Below, in pieces: positions 28,640-36,900 of a stretch of 64,000 nucleotides of DNA (the first letter of the stretch is position 1; every line of letters starts with the position of its first letter). Location of the stretch: the NCBI GenBank assembly GCA_037441845.1, contig JBBIRK010000001.1, positions 561,284-625,283 of the forward strand, in the 5' to 3' direction. This stretch comes from Candidatus Zixiibacteriota bacterium. GTDB lineage: Bacteria > Zixibacteria > MSB-5A5 > UBA10806 > 4484-95. The notes under the pieces were generated by a model. That model did no database searches and was not told the DNA's origin. It saw only the letters and a program-made list of their open reading frames with translations. A program made the position numbers and the translations under genes.

Positions 28640-30694
28640 ATGATTTTTTCGTCGGGAATAAAAGCAGGCGGGACGAAACTAGGACTCCTGTCTATTGCGT
28701 CATTTAATACGGCTTTGGGACTCGGTTTGCTTTTCACCGCGGTGCTTTTCTTATCCTGCGGCCGCAAGATAACTCAGCCGCAGGAGATAATAATGCCTCC
28801 GGCTCCGGTCCTGCTATCGACTATCGACACGCCGGGTAATGCCCGGGCGGTTTGGCAAGATGGCAACTATGCTTTCATAGCCGATTATCTGGGCGGGCTT
28901 CAGATCGTGGCCGTGGCCGAGCCAACCGCCCCGGTAATTGTCGGCCACTCGCAGACCGCCTCGCCGGCATTCGATATTATCGTATCGGATGATCATGCTT
29001 ACGTCGCTTGCGGTTCGGCGGGCGTCAAGGTGATCGATGTATCAGTTCCCACCACCCCAATCTCCGTCGCCCAGATCAATGCTTCGGCGGCGCGCCGTTT
29101 GGCAATGTCGGGAGAACTTCTATTAATAGCCGATTCCCTCGATGGCCTTATTCTCGTTGATATATCTAACCCGACTTCACCGCAGTTGCTCGAAATCCAT
29201 AGCCCCACGGCCTCGATAAGAGCGCTCGCCGCCTCCGGCGATATCGTTTGGTCGGTGGATACGGAAGCGCGATTGATCGGATTGGACGTAAGTGATCCCC
29301 AGGCGATACAGCAAATATCTTCGCTATCTTTGCCGAGCCTGGGAAGGGATATCTTGGTTTCGGAAAGTTACGCCTATATCGCCTCGAGCGCCGATGGCGT
29401 GCTGGTGGTTAATATCGCCAACCCCTCGTCTCCGGTTCTATTATCATCGTGGGATACGCCCGGAAAGCCGCAGGGACTGTTTGTACAGCAGAATTATCTG
29501 TTTGCGGCGGACAGCATGGGGGGTCTGCAGATCGCCGATATCGCCGCCGTGACAAGTCCTGTTCCGGCGGGCGATTTGAATTTGGCGGGAGCGGCGCTCG
29601 ATATTTTCGCAAAAGGCAATGTCTTATACATAGCAACCGATGATCGCGGGTTGTCGTTGGTCCGTTTTCCGGGCAATATAAGCGAAACCACTTTCGTGCA
29701 GCTTAATCCTCCCTGGGACCGCGAACGGGGATACGATTTTAATAACCCGGGGGCGATAATAATAGGATATGACACCTACCTTTACGTCGCCGATACCGAC
29801 AACGACCGCATTATCAGGCTCGATGCCGCCGGGACGATAAGCGCCTATTATTCGGTCCCTCACCCTGTGGGAATAACCCAGGACGAGCTGTTACGTCTGC
29901 TGGTGGTTACCGGTCAATCGCGCGAGATTTATAAAATAGACGTGGGTCCGGGGGGAGATGGAACCGCTGTTCGATGCTTCAGCGGCACGAGCGCAAAGGA
30001 TTCGCTTCTTGGAATAGATTCCACCGAGGTTTTCACAGCCATCGCGGATGCCCCCGATTATCGCAAGAAATACTATGTGGCTGCGGCCTCGCCTTTGATA
30101 GATCAAAGTGGTAAAATCCTTGCATTCGGCAATGCCGTTGCAATAGCTGAGAATAGTGATACCCTGTACGATCCCAAATTCCTTGTTTCGGGAGATACCG
30201 CCCGAAATCCGATCATCGCCTACGGCACCGGCCTGGGATACGCGGATCACCCTATAGGACTACTTGCATTCCGCCGCAGCAACGTGGAGCATCTTTTAAT
30301 CGTTCAGGATTCGGCAAGTTTCAAAACCCAGCTTTTGAACTGGACGAATAACACCTACTATCGAATCGGCTGGTATGCAGCCACTATATTGCCGGGCGCC
30401 GACAACGATCTGTATCGCGCCAACATCTTCACGGCGCCGCTGGCGGCAACCGTCGATTCCTCGGGCAATATCTATGTGGTTCAGAAAAGCACTGGGGCAA
30501 TATACTGCGCATTCAAATTCAACTCGACCGGCCAACTCAAGGAGGCTTTCGCGCAGCCGGGAAACGGCGCCGGACAATTGATGAATCCTCGCGGCGTAGC
30601 CTACGACAATCATCCCAACCGCAAGACATTATTTATCGTCGACAGCGGCAACAACAGAATCCTACGCTTCAAGCTGTCCACCGACATACAATAA
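28640..30694 (+). CDS. Lipoprotein with LVIVD repeats followed by NHL-type repeats
   Basis: Lipobox FLSC; repeats of YAFIAD..GGLQIV..S.PT.P; LYVADTDNDRI, PRGVA...LFIVDSGNNRILRF. Confidence 0.83.
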   Translation: MIFSSGIKAGGTKLGLLSIASFNTALGLGLLFTAVLFLSCGRKITQPQEIIMPPAPVLLSTIDTPGNARAVWQDGNYAFIADYLGGLQIVAVAEPTAPVIVGHSQTASPAFDIIVSDDHAYVACGSAGVKVIDVSVPTTPISVAQINASAARRLAMSGELLLIADSLDGLILVDISNPTSPQLLEIHSPTASIRALAASGDIVWSVDTEARLIGLDVSDPQAIQQISSLSLPSLGRDILVSESYAYIASSADGVLVVNIANPSSPVLLSSWDTPGKPQGLFVQQNYLFAADSMGGLQIADIAAVTSPVPAGDLNLAGAALDIFAKGNVLYIATDDRGLSLVRFPGNISETTFVQLNPPWDRERGYDFNNPGAIIIGYDTYLYVADTDNDRIIRLDAAGTISAYYSVPHPVGITQDELLRLLVVTGQSREIYKIDVGPGGDGTAVRCFSGTSAKDSLLGIDSTEVFTAIADAPDYRKKYYVAAASPLIDQSGKILAFGNAVAIAENSDTLYDPKFLVSGDTARNPIIAYGTGLGYADHPIGLLAFRRSNVEHLLIVQDSASFKTQLLNWTNNTYYRIGWYAATILPGADNDLYRANIFTAPLAATVDSSGNIYVVQKSTGAIYCAFKFNSTGQLKEAFAQPGNGAGQLMNPRGVAYDNHPNRKTLFIVDSGNNRILRFKLSTDIQ

Positions 30695-30879
30695 AACGCC
30701 GGCAAGAAGGTTGGTCGAAACAAAAAGGTTCGTTCCGGATTTGGGTCATGGACGAGCCGTTGGAAGCTTGGCTTCCTGCGAGACCATTGTCTCTTACTGA
30801 AGTTGACAGACAATTTTAGCTCAATTGAAACGCTTTAATTGATTAGGTTACGTGGAGCACGAATTTCCGCCATTGCTTC

Positions 30880-31330
30880 TCATGGATTGACATGATAATT
30901 ACATCTATATATTACCTAAGTAAATAATAATCATAATAACAATGTTTATTATGTGCACCGGGCGATAATAAACAGGCAATTGCATATTATATCACCTTTT
31001 CCGTTCTCGATACCGCGGTGGATAAAATGCCGATATTTTCTTGATCGCCGTTTATTTCTCAGCCTATTTATTTTTTCAACTTTCGTTCAACCGGCTTTTC
31101 CACAATCACCCGATATTTTTTCTTTGTTTTTCGCATTGCCGGGAAATCTCAGCGAACAAATTTTTTGCCATGAGACAAAGCTTAAGCAAAAGGAAATAAA
31201 ATTCTAATTTTTTTTTCATCGAGGGCGTAAGTCGCATGATTTAAATCGGGAATTTCTCGATTCATCGCTGTAATCCAAAAAAAACAATAGGGATATAAAA
31301 TTCACGAATTATATCCAGCTAAAATCTTGA
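30880..31330. other. Candidate replication origin (oriC) region upstream of dnaA
   Basis: Within an 880-nt AT-rich intergenic gap; DnaA-box-like GGTGGATAA (31017-31025) and TTTTCCACA (31096-31104); TAA triplet run at 30925-30942. Confidence 0.55.
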
Positions 31331-31574
31331 CATTATATTAGCCCCCCTGTTTTTTTACGCACGCAACCCAATAAGGGGATGCCGCAATAAAAGATGCTTT
31401 CGTCGCGAAAGTGTTCGGTGTCACCATGATGGTTTCCGGGTTGCGGCATTAGAGGGCCTTCAGGGCCAGGGAAGGTAAGGGGGTTTGCAGTTAACCTTTG
31501 CCTCTCTTATATGGCTCAGCGATGAGCCAAAACGTAGTAATTAACATTCATCAAGCGCTTTTCGACGGATTTCG

Positions 31575-32903
31575 ATGCAGTCAGCGAACGTTTCCTGGCA
31601 GGAATGCCTGAGTGTTTTAAGCGAACGTATCCAACCGCAAAGTTTCAAGACCTGGCTTAAGCCGACTCAACTGATCAGCGACGACGGCAATTTTCTCGAG
31701 ATCGCCGTCCCCAACCGGTTCGTGGCCAACTGGCTTGAAAACAATTACACGGAGCAAATCGTACAGGCGGTCCGCGAGGTTTGCGGCGCACCCAGAAAAT
31801 TGAAGTATTGCGTGTCACCTTCCACTCCCCGTCCCGTGCCGGTGCAACCGCCGCCGCCCGTTCCCATGGATAACTACAGCCGCACTCTATTGAACCGCCG
31901 CTATACTTTTGATAATTTCGTCGTCGGCGATTCCAATCAGTTCGCCCATGCCGCAGCCGTCGCTGTGGCCGACGCGCCGGGCCGCAACAAGTTCAATCCG
32001 CTTTACCTTTACGGAGGAGTCGGACTCGGCAAAACCCATTTGGTCCAGGCCATAGGCAACGCCGTCGCCGGAAACGGAGCCGGTCTCAATATCCTCTACG
32101 TCACCAGCGAGAAATTCACCAACGATTTCATACGGGCGATCGCCGAACAGAAAACGGCCGACTTCGCCAATTATTATCGCAGCGTGGACTTGCTTCTTAT
32201 CGACGATATTCAGTTCCTCACCGGCAAGGAGGCCACCCAGGTTCAGTTTTTCCACACTTTCAATTCGCTTCAGCAGACAGGCGGCCAGATCGTCATGACC
32301 TCGGATCGCCCTCCGCACGAAATCCACGGTCTGGAGGAGCGCTTGTTGTCGAGATTCCAGTGCGGTTTGGTGGCCGATATTCAGCCGCCCGATTTCGAAA
32401 TGCGCCTGGCCATATTGAACAAACGTCTTTCCGCTGAGGGATTGAAGGTCTCTCCGGAAATAGCCGCCATGATCGCCGATGGTATCCGCTCGAACGTGCG
32501 CGAACTCGAGGGGTTCTTGATCGGCCTGAGCGCCTGCTCGTCGCTTACTCGGCAGGAGATTACGGCCGAGCTGGTCACCCAATTATTGGAAAAAAGAGCC
32601 AGTAAAAAGCCCAAGGAAATATCACTCGAGGAAATCCAGAAGACAGTATCGGAGTATTTACGCGTGTCGCCGGAATCGTTGAAAAGCAAGAACAAGACGC
32701 TCGAGGTCGTTACCGCCAGGCAGATCGCCATGTATATCGCCAAGCATCACACCGGGCATTCTCTCAAAAAGATCGGCGAGTTTTTCGGCAATCGCGACCA
32801 CTCCACGGTGATTCACGCGATCACCAAAATAGCCGAATCGCTTTCGATCGACGGCAATCTCAAGCATCGTCTCGACGAAATTTTGAAACGCTTGACCGCT
32901 TGA
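31575..32903 (+). CDS. dnaA: Chromosomal replication initiator DnaA
   Basis: SFKTWL, YTFDNFVVGDSN, NPLYLYGGVGLGKTHL, LLIDDIQF, RLLSRF, SNVRELEG, RDHSTVIHA. Confidence 0.98.
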   Translation: MQSANVSWQECLSVLSERIQPQSFKTWLKPTQLISDDGNFLEIAVPNRFVANWLENNYTEQIVQAVREVCGAPRKLKYCVSPSTPRPVPVQPPPPVPMDNYSRTLLNRRYTFDNFVVGDSNQFAHAAAVAVADAPGRNKFNPLYLYGGVGLGKTHLVQAIGNAVAGNGAGLNILYVTSEKFTNDFIRAIAEQKTADFANYYRSVDLLLIDDIQFLTGKEATQVQFFHTFNSLQQTGGQIVMTSDRPPHEIHGLEERLLSRFQCGLVADIQPPDFEMRLAILNKRLSAEGLKVSPEIAAMIADGIRSNVRELEGFLIGLSACSSLTRQEITAELVTQLLEKRASKKPKEISLEEIQKTVSEYLRVSPESLKSKNKTLEVVTARQIAMYIAKHHTGHSLKKIGEFFGNRDHSTVIHAITKIAESLSIDGNLKHRLDEILKRLTA

Positions 32904-33049
32904 CGCCGGCGTTATAGACCGCTCCTCCCACTGTTCTATCAATAAGTCCATATAATTACATGGAGTGGCCATGGTCTATGTCCGGCCGGGGGAACCGGCA
33001 GGGCACAATCATGGTTAAAAAGGCAAATGATGAAAATAACGGAGGCAAA

Positions 33050-33703
33050 ATGAAAAAGCTATTTTCCTTACTGGTTGTCATCGGCGTCGCCGCAGCCGCT
33101 TTCGCCCAGCAGGCCGAAATGAAAACGTTCCATGCGAACGACGATAAAAAAAGAGACGTCATAAGTTTCACCTCGAAGGCGCCACTGGAGACGATTGTCG
33201 GCACTACGGCGGACGTATTGGGCTATGTTACGGTCGATCCGAATAATGTCCTCGCCGGAGCCAAAGCAAGGTTCGAGGTCGATTTGGCCAGCCTGAAAAC
33301 CGGTATCTCGCTTCGCGATCAGCACATGCGGGAACAATACCTGGAAACCGATAAGTACTCGAAGACCACTTTCGAACTGACCCGAGTTGTTTCTTCGGAC
33401 AATCCTCAATTGCTTGACGGCAAGGCGACCCACCTCGTGCTCGAGGGGAATTTCACCGTGCATGGGGTAACGAAGCTTATCCAGATTCCGGCGACCGTTA
33501 CTTATATGAAAGAAAGCGAGGTCACGAAAACCCGCCTGCCGGGCGATTTGCTGCATATCGAGGCCACCTTCACTATTATGCTCGGCGATTACTCGATCAA
33601 GAGGCCGCAATTCGTAATTCTCAAACTCGACGAGGCTCAGAAGATAAATATCGATATTTTCGCGGCCACCGGTTTACCGCCGGTCGATTTTAAGGGCAAT
33701 TAA
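33050..33703 (+). CDS. YceI family lipid/polyisoprenoid-binding protein
   Basis: GGAGG RBS, signal peptide, SLKTGISLRDQHM...LETDKY...GNFTVHGVTK. Confidence 0.88.
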   Translation: MKKLFSLLVVIGVAAAAFAQQAEMKTFHANDDKKRDVISFTSKAPLETIVGTTADVLGYVTVDPNNVLAGAKARFEVDLASLKTGISLRDQHMREQYLETDKYSKTTFELTRVVSSDNPQLLDGKATHLVLEGNFTVHGVTKLIQIPATVTYMKESEVTKTRLPGDLLHIEATFTIMLGDYSIKRPQFVILKLDEAQKINIDIFAATGLPPVDFKGN

Positions 33704-33740
33704 AGCATAATATAAATTCTCCTTTCCGCTTCATCTGTTT

Positions 33741-33776
33741 GCGCCCTGGCGGCTGATAAGCCGGGGCGCTTTTTTT
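33741..33776 (+). terminator. Intrinsic terminator
   Basis: GCGCCCTGGC / GCCGGGGCGC stem followed by T7. Confidence 0.8.
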
Positions 33777-33937
33777 GCCCCGGTTGCTGGTCCCCCAGCC
33801 ATAAAAAATGTTTGTAAATTTTGGATTTCTTTGTATTATAAATTTGTGGCTTCGCGATTGGAGGCGTAGCGTCTTTTGCAGGAGCTTTCAATTATCCATA
33901 TTATTTAATAACAATATTTTCTAAAAAGAGGATGGAC

Positions 33938-36900
33938 ATGAGGACTTTTAAGGCTTTCCTCGCGATGCTGGCGGTGATTCTGCTTTGGCTGCCGGCGGTG
34001 GCGGGCACGATCGACCCCTATCTGGCTCAAAAGCTCGAGGGGTCTGCTAAGGATGCCTATCATAAGGTTATCTTGATGATGGCTGAGCAGGCGGATATCT
34101 ACGCTCTGGATCAGCAACTGACCGCCGCCAAGGCGACTCTCGCAGAAAGGAATCGGCAGGTGGTTACCTCGCTTCGGACGATCGCAACCAGAACCCAAGG
34201 GCCGGTATTGGCGGCGCTCGCCGATCTCGAATCCACCGGAAGCGTCAAGAACGTGATCAATCTTTGGATCGCAAACATGATCGTGTTCGAAGGAACCGCC
34301 GATGCCATTCGTCAGGCAGCGTCGATGAACGAAGTTGCCATGATCTATTTCGATCCGCCGATCGAACTGATCGAGCCGGTCAAGGCGAAACCGGCCCCGG
34401 CCGACAGGGTCATAACCAGCCATGAAATAGGCCTCGATAGAATCAACGCACCAGCGGCTTGGTCGCTCGGTTTCACCGGCGCCGGCCGCGTAATCGCCAA
34501 TATGGATACCGGCGTTGACGGCAATCATCCCGCGCTCGCCTCCCGTTTCAGAGGCGATGTCAACGGCAACGGCAATTACGAGGAAAGCTGGTTCGATCCT
34601 TACGATACTCATTATCCTTTTCCCACCGACACACACGGCCATGGCACCCATACGATGGGCACCATCTGCGGCCGCACTCCTTCGGGAGATACGATTGGCG
34701 TGGCCATAGACGCCCAGTGGATCGCTGCGGCTCCGATCGACCGTGGAGGTGGAATAGGCAGAACCATTTCCGATGCAGTCTTGTCGTTTCAGTGGATCGC
34801 CGATCCCGATGGCAACCCCAACACGCAGGATAATCCCGATGCGGTGGGGAATTCATGGGGCATTCCCGATGGCGCCGGCTATCCCAATTGCGACCAAACT
34901 TTTTGGGTGGTGATTGATAACTGCGAAGCCGCCGGGACCGCCGTCATTTTCTCGGCCGGTAACGAAAGCACCAGCGGCTTGCGTTCCCCCGCCGATCGCG
35001 CCACCACCTATTACAACTGTTTTTCAGTCGGCGCTGTCGATGGCAACGATCCCAACCTGCCGATCGCCTATTTTTCGGCGCTCGGGCCGACCGAGTGCGC
35101 CACCGGCGATTTGGCCATAAAGCCTGAAGTCGTTGCTCCGGGTGTGGATGTAAGAAGCTCGCTTCCCAACAATAGCTATGGCTATTACAGCGGCACTTCG
35201 ATGGCCAGCCCGCACGTTACCGGTTCATGCGCGGTTATCCGTCAGGCGAATCCCAACATCGACGTTAACAGCATGAAGAACCTTCTCATGTTAACCGCCA
35301 CCGATCTCGGACCGACGGGTGAGGAGAACACCTATGGCCACGGAATCATCAATCTTTACCTTGCCGTTTTAATGGCGGCCGAGGGAGGCTACGTCGAGGG
35401 TTACATCCGCGATGCCATTACATCGCTTCCACTGCCCGGCAGGGTGAGACTTGTCGGAGGATTGGTGCAAACCACCGCCGGCGCCGATGGTCATTACCTA
35501 ATGTTTTTGCCAGGGGATACTACGGTTACCCTCGAAGCCTCTTATTTCGGTTATCTGCCGTTGCAGTATCAAGTGGCCGTTATAAGCGACGATACGGTAA
35601 CCCGCGATTTCGCGCTTAATCTCGCCCCAACCGCAGTGTTAGAGGGGACGGTCTCCGCGGTCGGCGGCGGCAATATCCCCAATGCGGTCGTGCAGATCTT
35701 GGATACGCCGATTGCGCCGGAAACCACCGATGCCAACGGTTTCTATATTTTCCCAACGGTCCCCTCGGGCTCTGCCTATCGTGTCCAGGTCAATGCTTTG
35801 GGCTATGGACGCGGCCTCGATTCGATTTTCGTTCAATATGGGCAGACCAACGTGCTTAACTTTTCGCTTTGGCCCGCTCAGGATTTTGAAATCACCAACG
35901 GCGGCTACACCGGCGATGGTGCCTGGGAATGGGGAACACCGACTTATGGACCTTCGGGCGCTTGGTCAGGCGCCAAATGTTGGGGAACCGTCCTCGGCGG
36001 GACATATCCCGATTATGCAGATGACACGCTGAAAAGCCCTCCGATTATGGTGACTTCCCCTTCCGCTCGGCTCGAATTCTATCATTGGTATGCCATGGAA
36101 AGCAGTTACGATGGCGGCAACGTAGGCGTATCCACTGATAACGGCGCTACCTGGTCGGTGATTACGCCTGACGGCGATTATCCGGATCGGGACATTGGCG
36201 GCTTTGGTTACCTCGAACCGGGATACACCGGCAACAGCGGCGGCTGGCGATCCGCTTCGTTCGATCTTTCGAGTTTTTACAACCAAACTATCATCATAAG
36301 GTGGCGTTTCGGCACGGATGGTTCGGTGTACGATGCCGGATGGTATATAGATGACGTCGTTTTGATCGGAACTACTCCGCCCCCACCGCCGCATCTTTCT
36401 TGGTCGCCCTCGTCGTTTACCGTAGATGCTCCTCCGGGAGTAATAGAGGTGCGCAATCTAACATTGACCAACAGCGGCGACGGCCCGCTCTTTTTCAATT
36501 TATCGACGACCACAAACAATCTTTTGCGAATACCCGTCGGTCAATCTTCGCCGCAGTTGAACAGCCAATCGCAAGGAGAACCACTAGGCTACATGGCTGC
36601 GGATAAATCAAAGCCAGGATCGATAGAGGAGCCGTATTATCCTCCGGTAATCAACAATACGGGGGGACCTGACGCTTATGGCCACACCTGGATCGACTCC
36701 GACGAGCCTAACGGCCCAGTGTTCAGCTGGATCGATATCACCGGACCGGGAACGCCCGTGAATCTCTACGATGACAGCTATGCGGGTCCGTTCTCGATAG
36801 GCTTTCCTTTTGAATTTTACGGAACCAGCTACAACGAGCTGTATATCGGCTCGAACGGTATCCTGACTTTCGGCTCGGGCAGCTCTTCCCTGGGCAATAC

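Noticed and set aside
30953..31207. 84-aa Phe-rich ORF upstream of dnaA
   Set aside because: Reflects T-rich intergenic sequence containing DnaA-box-like motifs; it is not rpmH.
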